A DNA stretch of 64,000 nt from NCBI GenBank assembly GCA_036274495.1, contig DASUFP010000039.1:11303-75302 (forward strand). The letters run 5' to 3'. Position numbers and translations under genes: made by a program. This document shows, piece by piece, positions 1 to 11,300 of this stretch (positions are counted from its first letter, which is position 1; each line of letters opens with the position of its first letter). The DNA is from Bacteroidia bacterium. GTDB taxonomy: Bacteria; Bacteroidota; Bacteroidia; AKYH767-A; OLB10. The notes under the pieces are model-generated. The model made no database searches and was not told where the DNA came from. It was given only the letters and a program-made list of their open reading frames with translations.

Positions 1-3000
1 ACATTAGGGCCACCCATTTGTACTGTTGTATTACCGCCATTGGGGGCAATGATATCCGGCTTAGATCTTACAACTCCATTTACCGGTGTTCCACCGCGTG
101 ATGAAAAGTTTTGTGCTGGAGGACTAAATGATCCGCCATAAGCCGGTGTATTATCAAAGTTAACAGCACCAACTGTAATGGCACTATTTGCATTGGCTTG
201 TCCTACAATTGTAGAGGTACCGGTTGCGTATTCATCGAACGAAAGCTCACCGCGGAATACTAATATTTTAATGTTTGAATTAATTGTTCCGGCGGCACGA
301 ACCACAACAATGTTCGCCTGAACCGGGACTGTTCCGGGAACTATGAAAGGAAGCACTTCAAACGGGTCGCTTCCAAGGTTATTCCTGTTAAAGCCAAAAT
401 ACTGGGTACCGAATTTATTGGTAAGGTAAATATCATAATCGGTAAGAGATCCTGTTGTAGTCTGACCCAGCGAATAAATGGAGTCCTGCCATTGCAGCAC
501 CACGGTGTAACTGCCTGGTGGCAGTGTAACACTTAACAAATTATCACCTCCGCCAAAGTCGTGTGCTGTACCTGCGAGACCTAATGGTGCAGCCATAGGA
601 TTATAAACACTCTGATAAGACTTTGAATCGAAGTTTCCGGCAGCGACAAAATAGGAGACTCCAAGGGATGAGACAGAATCTACTGCTTTGGCAACGACAC
701 CGTCCTGAAAAAACGGAGAAGTTAACCAGGTAATATCGTCTGCAATTACATTGCATCCATTTTGTGCGCACTGAATTATTCCCTGGGCCATGTCACCTTC
801 ACTGATTGTTCCGGTTCTGAATCCAAGTGTTGCACCGGGAGCCACATCGTGTACAACCTGCATCATTGCACGACCTTCGTCGGAGCGTGCACCATAGGGA
901 TATTCTTTGATAACCTGAACAGGAGTGGTGTGTCCGTAAGGATTACCTGCTCCTGGCAGATCGCCGTTTACAATGTCGGTTGCAGCCGGGTTACCTAAAA
1001 CTGTATTATAGCTATCGGAAAGCACACAAACTTTCACACCTGTTCCATCAACATTAAATCCTTCTCTCACCAGATTTGTTCCTTGTGCGCTATCACCCTG
1101 AGTCAATGCAACACCGCTATTAATGATTGACGGATAAACAGGGCGAACGTAGTTTATCATACTGACGGCCGGTGGTAATGCGAGGTTAATCAGGTTTGCT
1201 ATCGGATATCTGCCGGTAATGATCAGCGGGTTGAGTCCGTTTGGAATGGTGTCGGTGAGGCCATAACCGGGTTGGTTATAAACGAGGTTGAAGACGTTTT
1301 GGGTCTGACCTTCTTTGGTAATAATTTCGATGTAAACGCTATCGCCGGCAAAGAAATAAACATCATTAATGGTATCTGATCCCACCACATAATTCAGGTA
1401 AAGCGAACTCAGTTCACAACCCAATACACCATAATCTTTACCACCTGCGCAGGGAGTATAGTAGGGAAGAATACAGGGGCCCTCTTCAATTACAACTGTA
1501 TCGGTTGAAGTACATCCGTTTGAAGGGTCTGTTACTGTAAGTTGATAAGTCGCAATGCCATCTACAACAGGAGTTGCGGTATTTTCACCTGATACGAAAC
1601 TTCCGGCTCCTGAGGTAGTCCAGGCAAAATCAACACCTGAAGTTGGTGAAGAACCGGAAAGCGGCACCTGCAAAATAGTGCATGTTAAAGCGTTCCCGGG
1701 ACCTGCTTCTGCTCCGGGAGCTGTAATATTTGAACCAACGGAAGCATTGTCAGTTGCTGTGCAGCCGTTTGACGGATCAGTAACGACCAATGTATATGTG
1801 CCGGCAGCATTTACTGTTGGAGTTGCACTTGTATTACCCGAAACAATTCCCGGACCGCTCCAGCTAAAAGAAGCTCCGCTTGTTACAGATGAACCATCGA
1901 GTGATAAAGAAGTCAGCGTACAGGTGAGCGTTTTGTCCGAGCCGGCATTTGCATCAGGCGGTGTGTTGTTTAAACTTACATCTGCCTGATCGGTTGAGGT
2001 GCATCCGTTAACAGGATTGGTTACTATTAAAGTATATGTTCCTGCAGCATTTACAGTTGGAGTAGCGGAGGTATTTCCCGAATCAATTCCGGGACCGCTC
2101 CAGCTATAGGAAACGCCTCCTGTAGATGACGAACCGTCCAACGTTAAGCTTGTTGTTGTACACGTGAGTGCCTTATCGAGCCCGGCATTTGCTCCTGGAG
2201 CTGTATTATTTAAACTTACATCCGCCTGATCGGTTGAGGTACACCCGTTAACAGGATTGGTAACTACCAACGTATACGTTCCGGTAGCATTAACAGTTGG
2301 AGTTGCACTTGTATTCCCTGAAACAATTCCGGGACCGCTCCAGCTATAGGAGACGCCTCCGGTAGATGATGAGCCGTTCAACGTTACGCTTGTTGTGGTA
2401 CAGGTAAGTGTTTTATCAAGTCCCGCATTTGCTCCGGGAACAGTGTTATTCTGATTTACAACAGCCTGATCGGTAGAAGTACAGCCGTTAACCGGATTGG
2501 TAACAACCAGCGTATAGGTGCCAATGGCATTGACTGTTGGAGTAGCGGAGGTATTTCCCGAAACAATTCCGGGGCCGCTCCAGCTGTATGAAACGCCTCC
2601 GGTAGATGATGAGCCGTCTAATGTTAAACTGGTTGTTGTGCAGGTAAGTGTTTTATCAAGTCCTGCATTTGCTCCGGGAACAGTGTTGTTCTGATTAACA
2701 ACGGCCTGATCAGTAGAAGTACAGCCGTTAACCGGATTGGTAACTACAAGTGTATATGTGCCAATGGCATTTACTGTTGGAGTGGCGGATGTGTTTCCCG
2801 AGACAATTCCCGGACCGCTCCAGCTGTACGAAACACCTCCGGTAGGTGATGAGCCGTCTAATATTAAACTGGTTGCTGTGCAGGTAAGTGTTTTATCGAG
2901 CCCTGCATTAGCGCCGGGAGGAGTGGTATTTGAGGTAACAACCGCCTGATCGGTTGCAGTGCATCCATTATTATCAACAGTCACAGTATATGTTCCTGTT

Positions 3001-4194
3001 GCATTGACAGTAGGTGTTGCAGTATTGCCGCCGGAAACAATTCCGGGGCCTGTCCAGCTGTAAGTAACACCGGGAGTAGTTGATGAACCGCTCAGTTGTA
3101 AAGAGGTTGTTGTGCAATTGAGAATTTTGTCGGGACCCGCATTAGCATTTGGCGTGGTACATAAAATAGGAGGAACAAAATTGACTGTTACACCGCTATT
3201 CAATATCACTTGTGTTCCGCTCCAAAAGGCACCGAACACTTCAGTGGTACCGGTACCCGAACCCATGTAAATTGCAGAATAAGGGGCATACACTGTTCCG
3301 TTCCAGCGTGTACCCCCGCCATTTCCGTTTGATATTGAAAATGCGTTAGGTCCTGCTCCGTGTGTTTCCAGAAAAATTCTGGCGGCACTTCCGCCATTTA
3401 TAAGTGAAGAACTGAATTTACCAAGATCTACATTCCCGTAAACAAAAATCCGAAACGTTCCTGTGGCAGAATTCAGAAAATTAAATTTGAATGTATTTGA
3501 GTTACCGGTGTTTGTAATGGCATTAAAAACATAAACACCGGGTCCTGAGAAAGTGATTGTCTTGTTTCCTGATAACGTCATATTGTTATAGGAGCCGGGG
3601 GTAATTGTAGTTGTTCCTGTGATATTAGTAGATCCGATAGCAGGGAATACATTAGGTGTTGGAAGCGATGGAAGCACAGGGAGATTAGGAGTACCAACAG
3701 AAAGTGTACCTCCGGGTGTAGGACCTGAATACGTTGTGCCGGGAGAATGAGTAACATTTCCGACAATGGTTCCGCTGCTGATGCTGATATTTCCGGCGGC
3801 ATCCACATTTCCGCCAACATATACACCTGAAGCTATATCAATTGCATTACCGGTAGTGCCGATGTTTGCGGCTGAAAGGTTTCCGCCAATCGTATGACTG
3901 CTTGAAAATTGGATTCTGCCTCTGCTGTGCACAGAACTTCCGATGCTGGTATTACCCGAAGAGGTCACCAGCACATAACTTCCAATCATTCCTGAAGGAA
4001 TAGAAATGGAAGATGAGATATCAACAGCATAACCGGGTGCAGCAGGAACTGTTGATACAGCTCCGGGAACAGTACCGTTACCTGCAAAAACTACGTAATC
4101 GGTCATTTGAGTCTGAGCAAATACTGCAGTCAACGGCAGGCATAGCACAACAGACATTACGGCCAAAAGCCGTTTCAACTTTTGAAACTGTTTC
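1..4194 (-). CDS. Giant secreted repeat protein, N-terminal part (C-terminus lies beyond the window start). It contains a signal peptide, a Gly/Ser/Thr-rich beta-helix-like region and tandem ~80-aa Ig-like/PKD-like repeats
   Basis: The minus-strand ATG at 4194 gives MKQFQKLKRLLAVMSVVLCLPLTAVFAQ, a signal peptide. The reading frame stays open to position 1. It is absent from the ORF track only because no stop codon lies within the window. Repeat units translate to ...GTYTLVVTNPVNGCTSTDQA... Confidence 0.6.
1981..2940. repeat. Four near-identical in-frame tandem 240-bp repeats inside the giant gene, encoding 80-aa Ig-like domains
   Basis: A 240-bp periodicity is visible directly (units start near 1981, 2221, 2461 and 2701) with more than 85 percent identity between units. 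Confidence 0.85.
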
Positions 4195-4691
4195 ATGGGG
4201 TTTTGGGGGGGATTGAAATTTGAAACTATTAGGGGGTCACTTTTACGGAGATGACTAAGTGTTCAATGGTTTTGTTGAAGGGGAAGCAAGTTAACAAATT
4301 TTTCAAAAAATCCACTATATTTTTTGATGAATCGTGGTTATTATATGATTAATAATCAATCTATTCGTGGTAAAATATTGGATTTAAATAATCTGACCTT
4401 TTCGCAAGTTGCTGACTTTCAATCATATAGTAATAGGCATGATTCCTCTTGTGCCAACAGCAAAAGTCTGAACAGTTTATTGAAATTGCATTTAAAATAC
4501 TACAGGTTTTCCTGTACGACCCTATTTCTGAAGGGGTGAAAAATCAGGCTTGTGATGCCTTTCTGTGATTTCTAGGATTATCAATTGTCAGATGGAATGT
4601 GAAGTCTGCTCCAGCCACATAGGGTTCAACTTCCAATAGGGGTAGTCTCAAACGGCATTTGAAAAGAGGACTGTGAGCTATGGTTTGCCGG

Positions 4692-5672
4692 TCAATTTCC
4701 AATTTTCACAAATCTGGAGAACTGCTGATATATTGGACCTTTCACCATAACTGTATACGCTCCAGGCTTCAACATTGAAATATTCACTTCTGCATTATTG
4801 TCAGTAGCGGCACTGTTTAAAACGATCCGGCCGGAGAGATCTGATATTTGGATTTGTGTATTTACATCCATAACAAAACCCCACAATTTGATTTGGTTCG
4901 ATGCCGGATTGGGATATAGGTGCAATTTGTTTATAACTGCCAGTTCATTTATGCCTGTCTCAACGCCGCAATCCTGCGGATCGGTGGATACACAAATGTC
5001 ATCAATGAGATAGTATGCATAATTAGAAGAGGGATCACCCAACACAACTGTTGTATTGGCGTCGTCAAAATAATTACCAATACCAATATGAGTATATGCA
5101 GAGTCGGCAATAAATGATCCGGATATTTGAGTCCAGTTAACGGAATCGGAAATGACCGCGGTTGTAAATACGTGTCCGTTGTTGAGAGCGGTGTCGGGGT
5201 TAAACATACTATGAGGTGCAGTAGTAAAACGCACTCCCAGTTTATCAGATGAATGGGTTGCCAGCAATTGTTCAACACTGCAAACCCATAGCGAAACAAA
5301 ATATTGCTGACCGGGCACCAGTGGCTGCTGGAGTTCGCGCCCTACAAACTCACGTGAGTTAGCTGCAAAATCGGCGAATGTAAACAGACCAATATATGCC
5401 TGCCCGGAATGAGGCACCTGAAATCCCCTGCTGTTAAATGGGGTGCCGAACATAGGGTTAGGAATATTGGCGCAACTGTGATAGTAATCAGGTGTGGTTG
5501 CCCATGTACTCCACCCATCTGCTTTATCGACCTGATTAATTTGTGTCGGACAACTGTTGTTGATTTCGAATCCCGGATTGGGTACCAGGTTTTGTGAAGC
5601 CGCCTCCTTGCCTGAAAGTATGAGGCAACAAACAATCAAATAAAAACTTTTCATCAGCAGGGGTTTCTTCAA
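4692..5672 (-). CDS. Secreted protein with T9SS C-terminal sorting domain (jelly-roll-like N-terminal domain)
   Basis: Signal peptide MKKPLLMKSFYLIVCCLILSG. The C-terminus LYPNPASNQIKL...GAYTVMVKG...FVKI matches Bacteroidetes T9SS C-terminal domains. Confidence 0.7.
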   Translation of the reverse strand: MKKPLLMKSFYLIVCCLILSGKEAASQNLVPNPGFEINNSCPTQINQVDKADGWSTWATTPDYYHSCANIPNPMFGTPFNSRGFQVPHSGQAYIGLFTFADFAANSREFVGRELQQPLVPGQQYFVSLWVCSVEQLLATHSSDKLGVRFTTAPHSMFNPDTALNNGHVFTTAVISDSVNWTQISGSFIADSAYTHIGIGNYFDDANTTVVLGDPSSNYAYYLIDDICVSTDPQDCGVETGINELAVINKLHLYPNPASNQIKLWGFVMDVNTQIQISDLSGRIVLNSAATDNNAEVNISMLKPGAYTVMVKGPIYQQFSRFVKIGN

Positions 5673-5753
5673 AAATAAAGAATAGCCCCTTCATTACCAA
5701 TACTTATCGCATATTGTCAAATGGAATTCAAATGTGCCACAAAACTTTTTGCT

Positions 5754-6296
5754 TTAAAACACATAACGAAAACTTAGGGCTCCATCAACATACATTGAGG
5801 CTCCACTATAAACATCAATAAATGGATGGATGTCAAGTCCGAGAGACAAAGGCGCATTGTTAAATTTATATTCCAATCCTAACACGCCGTCAATTCCCGG
5901 CACAACCGCTGAGGTGCCCTCATCTACTACATAAATATGTTCTCCCCGGTTTTTATAAACCCGGTAAGTGCCGTTGTAAGCAAAGAATCCCATGTGTATT
6001 CCGGCTCCAGGATAAAAAGAGAGTCCTGCGGCACCTTTGATCGGGATATGGTGTTCATATAAACCGGTTACAACAAAACTGTGATAACCAAAACCTGCAA
6101 TTCCTTCAATTGCATTTACAGAACCTAAAAAACTTTTAACCGAAATGCCGGAAGTATATCCTCCAAGGCGTAAACCAATGCCGGTTTTATAATCTTGTGC
6201 TTGTACAGAAGCTGTCGTAAAGAAGAGCGCAGCAAGTACTACTGTCATTTTTAGTTTTTTCATGTTGTTTAATTTTAGATTAGATATATTTATCAA
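5754..6296 (-). CDS. Outer-membrane beta-barrel protein (OmpW/porin-like small OMP). The true start is probably MKKLKM at 6263
   Basis: Signal peptide ending AQA, alternating Gly/aromatic beta-strand pattern, and a C-terminal ...SFRYVF aromatic residue. Confidence 0.6.
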   Translation of the reverse strand: MINISNLKLNNMKKLKMTVVLAALFFTTASVQAQDYKTGIGLRLGGYTSGISVKSFLGSVNAIEGIAGFGYHSFVVTGLYEHHIPIKGAAGLSFYPGAGIHMGFFAYNGTYRVYKNRGEHIYVVDEGTSAVVPGIDGVLGLEYKFNNAPLSLGLDIHPFIDVYSGASMYVDGALSFRYVF

Positions 6297-6305
6297 AAGG
6301 GGTGT

Positions 6306-6905
6306 TTATCTGCCACCTCCCAAATCCCATGTTGCGCCAATTAAAATACGTGATGGTCTTTCCAGTGAGTAATTATCATTGTTCCCCGAATCAACAATTC
6401 CTCCGTAGTGCGCATATATGCCAAGCCGCACAAATTTTACTCTTACACCCAGCCGGTATCCAAGTGCGTTTCTATTTAGATTCACATTTACAGCACCAAC
6501 ATTTTTAGTGTAACTCATAAGGTAATTCCAGGAAGGTCCTCCCTCAATTGCAATTGCGGGTAAAATATTTAGTCCGCAAATAACAGGAACTTCAAGAGTC
6601 GTGAATTCAAAATCAGTTTGCGTATTCGGAGCTTCCTGATTTTCAGATTGTAGGTTACCTCTCAGGAAACTCGCCAATACCATGGGTCTTACATAAATTC
6701 CCGGGCCATCAAAGCTGAGATAAGCACCGCCTTCAAATCCTTTTACAGAACTTAGGTCGGTTGAAACCTGAGAGAGTCCTTCGAGACGGACATAGTTGAT
6801 GGATGCGCCACCGGTTATTCCGGCAACCGGCGTTTGTGCATGAGTAGTCGCTGACAAAACGCAGCACATCAGCATCAATACTGAGTTGTGGAGTGCGGTT
6901 TTCAT
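6306..6905 (-). CDS. Outer-membrane beta-barrel protein, paralogous in type to the previous gene
   Basis: Signal peptide ending HAQT, amphipathic beta-strand pattern, C-terminal ...GATWDLGGGR. It sits in tandem with the preceding OMP gene. Confidence 0.55.
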   Translation of the reverse strand: MKTALHNSVLMLMCCVLSATTHAQTPVAGITGGASINYVRLEGLSQVSTDLSSVKGFEGGAYLSFDGPGIYVRPMVLASFLRGNLQSENQEAPNTQTDFEFTTLEVPVICGLNILPAIAIEGGPSWNYLMSYTKNVGAVNVNLNRNALGYRLGVRVKFVRLGIYAHYGGIVDSGNNDNYSLERPSRILIGATWDLGGGR

Positions 6906-7202
6906 TGGTTATAGGATTTTGTCTTGATTTAGAAGCCCAACAACCATGCCCTGCCCTATTTCAGAATTAACAAGCTGACCTGCATAATTTTAAATGCAAG
7001 TATCAACAGTCTGATTTCCCATTTTGGGAGATACATTTCCCTTTCCGGAACAGACTAACATCTATGATGCAACTTTTGAATCGGTTAAAAGCATCACCGT
7101 TTCAAAAGATGTTCAAATAATTCTGATGAAAAAATATGTCGGTTACAATTCGTCAACAGAAAAGTGACAACTGATTTTACTTAGAATTAAAAAATGTCAA
7201 AA

Positions 7203-7430
7203 TCAGTTTGTGCTGTAAGAAGAGGCTACAATTTTTTGTGTATGCGCTTCCTTATCCTTTTCGAAATAACGTATAAAATAAATTCCCGGAGAAACCTGAA
7301 ATGGAATTTGGTTTGAGAAGTGTTTTGTGTTTAATACTTTTCTGTCGTATACATCATAACCCATGTATACGCTAGTGCAGGATGTTGATTTTTTCAAATT
7401 CAAGAACGCGTTCATCGACTTAACCCACAA
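7203..7430 (-). pseudogene. Orphan T9SS C-terminal sorting domain fragment (remnant of a secreted protein gene)
   Basis: The 75-aa ORF ...QIPFQVSPGIYFIRYFEKDKEAHTQKIVAS has the characteristic T9SS C-terminal signature with no upstream passenger domain. Confidence 0.4.
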
Positions 7431-7574
7431 ATTTACTCCGACTAAACAATTGTGTTTGTTAAATGAAGATGGAAAAATTAATACTGGATTTATTCTGAAT
7501 GAATCCTCCGAAGAGTGTAATTGTCCGACAGATTAAAATGTATCCCCGATGATCGGTTTGCGAGAGTCATTTTA

Positions 7575-8180
7575 TAAAAATCCCCTTACAATTTGCTGCC
7601 GGGGATTTGTGAGGTTGACACCAGATTACCTCCCCCGCTTGCGCGGTGTCGGTGATCTGGTGTTGGGGGGCCGTTCTCCAATCCCTTTCCGCCGCTTCGC
7701 GGCTTCAGGGGATTTTTGTTTTTCCGCTCTTGATTCCAGATTACCTCCGCCGCTTCGCAGCGTCAGGGGATTTTTTGTTTTTCCGCTCTTGATTCCAGAT
7801 TACCTCCCCCGCTTGCGCGGTATCGGTGATCTGGTGTTGGGGGGCCGTTCTCCAATCTCTTGCCGCCGCTTCGCAGCATCAGGGGATTTTTGTTTTTCCG
7901 CTCTTGATTCCAGATTACCTCCCCCGCTTGCGCGGTGTCGGTGATCTGGTGTTGGGGGGCCGCTCACAATTCCCTTTCCGCCGCTTCGCGGCGTCAGGGG
8001 ATTTTTGTTTTTCCGCTCTTGATTCCAGATTACCTCCCCCGCTTGCGCGGTGTCGGTGATCTGGTTGGGGGGGGGCCGTTCTCCAATCCCTGGCCGCCGC
8101 TTCGCGGCGTCAGGGGATTTTTGTTTTTCCGCTCGCCCAGACTCGTCTGGCTCGCTTCAAAACAAAAATCCCCTCCGACT
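7575..8180. repeat. GC-rich tandem array of a structured 115-bp unit (~4.5 copies, one internally deleted 59-bp unit), ending in a long imperfect hairpin
   Basis: Units at 7621-7735, 7736-7794 (short), 7795-7909, 7910-8024 and 8025-~8134. Each unit holds the internal hairpins ccagattacc/ggtgatctgg and cgccgc-ttc-gcggcg. The array is bracketed by aaaatcccc (7578) and aaaacaaaaatcccct (8160-8173), the reverse complement of the unit motif aggggatttttgtttt. Confidence 0.85.
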
Positions 8181-8198
8181 TCGTCGGAAGGGATTGGT

Positions 8199-8215
8199 GA
8201 GGTCGCGAGCAGATT
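8199..8215. repeat. Distal att core: exact 17-bp direct repeat of the 3' end of tRNA-Cys (gaggtcgcgagcagatt)
   Basis: Identical to 49704-49720, which corresponds to the T-loop, 3' acceptor strand, discriminator and first C of the tRNA. Confidence 0.7.
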
Positions 8216-8274
8216 TCTGAGGGTCAGGGCTAATTGATTGATTTGACACGTTTTATGTCCATTTCCAATGAGCA

Positions 8275-8298
8275 GGTGAAGCAAAAGGTGAAGCAAAA
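8275..8298 (+). repeat. Candidate integrase arm-type sites (2x ggtgaagcaaaa) about 60 bp inside the distal att core
   Basis: Direct repeats ggtgaagcaaaaggtgaagcaaaa. The same motif family is found at 49563-49606 inside the other island end. Confidence 0.45.
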
Positions 8299-8325
8299 TG
8301 ACATTACATGTCCCATACAATGCAT

Positions 8326-11300
8326 TTAACGGGCTACGACAAATTTGAAATAGTACTTTTTTGCGCCGATTTGTAATGCTCCCAAATAAATACCATCATT
8401 CAAATTTTTAACATCCACCAAATAGGTACTTTCTTCCGGAGTTAAGCGTAGAGACCGTGTGCCTCCGGCAAGTTTCCCTTCAATGGTATAAATCTCAAGA
8501 TTAGTATTGAAAGACTTCTCAACATGTAACTCCAAAGTAAAACTGCCGGATGTAGGGTTAGGATAAATTGCCAAATTGTTATTGGAGTCTGAGTTTACCA
8601 ACCTTGGACTAATACAGATAGCAAGCTCTGAAGAAGTCAATGTACCGGAATTTAAGGATGTAAAATTCGCCAAATCACCCTCATTGCTAATAATCCCTGG
8701 ATTGTTTGTTTGTAAGTTTAAATTGGTTAACGTACTGGAGATATTGAGTTGGTTGCAGCCACTGTTACCTGTTGAATCAACTTTGACAATGTAGCCGGTT
8801 TGCGTTCCGGAATCAAGTATATGACCTGAAATAAAATACCCTCCATCCTGGCATTTTGTTAAAGATGATGCATGCTCATCAGTGAGGACATCACCATATG
8901 CCTTTGACCATATCAATACTCCGGTACTTGTAGTTCTGATGAGCAAAATCTGAGAACCATAACCCGAAACATTGCCGCTAAATGAAATCACATAGTCGCC
9001 ATTGTCTGCTTGAACAATTTCGCCTCTTTCATAGGAACTACTTATTGAAATCGGATTACTAATCCACTTAGACCAGGTCAGTGAACCATTAGCTCCAAGC
9101 TTCATCAGCGCAAATTTGTTATTGTAAGTCCCCATGACCATATACCCACCTTCAATAGATTTGACAATTGAACCACCTCCTATTTGGTCTGAAATATTAA
9201 AATGGGCCTTATTTTCCAATAAATTTCCCAATGTGTCATATTTCAAAAATAAGAATCCATCATAAAACCCATTGCCTGCATCATATTGCTCAACCGTTCC
9301 GATTGCTACGATTTCGTTATTGAATTGAATAATATCGCTAATAGAGCTGCTGTAACCATCAATAGTTCCGAAATTGTTTATCCAGTCCAGACTTCCTGAT
9401 GAGCCAATCTTTGCAACCATTGCTTTATACTCAAATGTTGCAGGGAAATACAATTTGCCACAAACCAAGTTCGCATTCGAGGTCATATTTATTACTTTGT
9501 TAAAGGTTGCCTGATAAGCGGGGTTCACAAAATTCGGGTCCTTTATTAAAAACCCATTTGCAATAACTCCTGCCGAATTAGCATGCATCAATATACCGCC
9601 AGTATAGCTATTGATTCCAGCGTTATATATTAATTGACCAGCACTGGAGGTGCCGCCACCGTTTGTCGGTAAAATATTCCAGGAATAGATAGTTCCAGTC
9701 GTCCAGTTATGTGCATTACCTTGGGATACACCATGAGCATCTGTTTTAATAATTAATGCATCTCCGGTTTGATTTGATATATTATTGTATAACCCAGTTA
9801 TAGTGTATCCTTGGTCAACATTTTGGAATGCATCGGTTAAAGCAAAGGCATTATTCACTTGTCGTTGAAAAGATATTGCTGGGCATAATTGACTTATTGT
9901 TGTTACTACTGACACTCTTGAACAGTTGAATCCATTAGTAACCGTGACAGAATACTGTCCGGAATCCTTTACCCATAAACTTTGAGCTGTTTCACCTAAT
10001 ATATCAATGTTGTTTTCCTTCCATTGATACGAATATGCATTTCCTATTGGAGCTACCAATTCTACACTATCGGGAGGACAAATACTTGACGAACCATTTA
10101 CAGTGATAGTTGCTGAAGGAGGCCCCGAAACAATTATTGTAGGTGAATTTCTCGTGCATCCGTTTGGACCAGTAATAGTGACTTTATAAGCGCCAGCCAT
10201 TGAAGCGTAATACGTTTGGTTTGTGGCACCAGAAATATTATTGCCATACCTCTTCCATTGATATGTATATCCAGTTCCTGTTCCCGTAGATAATAAAACT
10301 GAATCCCCAGTACAAAATCCTGTGTCCACGCTTGGTGTGATTGTGGCAGTAGGCAAGGGCAAGACTGTAACTAATATAGGATTCGACTTCTTTTTACAGC
10401 CACTTGAATTTGTGACCTCCACTTTATAGTTTCCGGTTGCTGTTGCTTGGTATGTTGAAGCAGTTGCACCGTTTAACGGATTGCTGTATTTATACCATTG
10501 GTAAGTGAGTCCTGAGCCCTGGTTTGCACTTAACGTGACATTACCTCCAGCACAAAATGTAGTGGCTCCTGAAGCGGTAATGCTTGCTGCGGGCTTGGGT
10601 ACAACGAATATCTCGACAGGTTGTGATTTCCTAAAACAGCCGTTGCTGTCTGTAACCAGAACTCTGTATTTACCGGCTGAAGTGGCCAGGTATGTTGAAC
10701 CCGATGTGGAATCAACCACATTACTGTATCTATACCACTTATAAGTATACCCTGTACCCACGTTGGCGTTTAGCGCTAAAGAGCTGCCAGCACAAATTGT
10801 TGTAGTACCTGCCGGAGTTATAGAGGCCGGTGGAGCTGATATTGATGTAACAAGTACAGGGGCTGAGTTTTTACTGCATCCGTTGGAATCAGTGACCCTC
10901 ACTTTGTAACTACCAGTTGTAGAAGCTGTATAACTGGAAGTTGTGGCTCCGTTTATTGCATTGCCGTATTTTGTCCATTGGTATGTCAATCCGAGCCCTG
11001 TGTTTGCATTAAGTACTACTGAGCCTCCCGCACAAAAATATGTGGAGCTAAGAGGGGTAGCGACTGCTTGTGGCAAAGAATGAACTGTAACTGGTAAAAA
11101 TGAAGATGTCGAACTACATCCTGAATTATTAGTTACAATTACTTGATAATTTCCACCAGTAGTGGCAGTATAAGAATCAGATGAAGCACCTTGAATTTCA
11201 ATTCCATCTTTTAGCCAACTGTATGTGTTTGTGCTACCTGTGTCAGTTTGAATAATCACGGAATTTCCGGAACAGAATGTTGTTGAACTTAATGGGGTTA

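Noticed and set aside
4324-4539. 71-aa plus-strand ORF between the giant gene and the T9SS gene
   Set aside because: It lies in an AT-rich promoter-like intergenic region, has no motif or RBS context, and likely overlaps the promoter of the giant gene.
4798-5635. Multiple small ORFs (4798..5013, 4920..5117, 4949..5299, 5342..5635, 5409..5597) inside the 4692..5672 gene
   Set aside because: They sit in alternative frames or on the opposite strand of a well-supported gene that has a signal peptide and T9SS C-terminal domain, so they are spurious.
7549-8320. ORF-track ORFs 7549..7944, 7826..8059, 7935..8237 and 8030..8320 inside the tandem repeat array, and the possibility that the array is CRISPR
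   Set aside because: The proteins are low-complexity translations of the 115-bp repeat (repeated RLRGVGDLVLGGRS...). There are no unique spacers between units, and the unit is far longer than CRISPR repeats. Treated as a non-coding tandem repeat.
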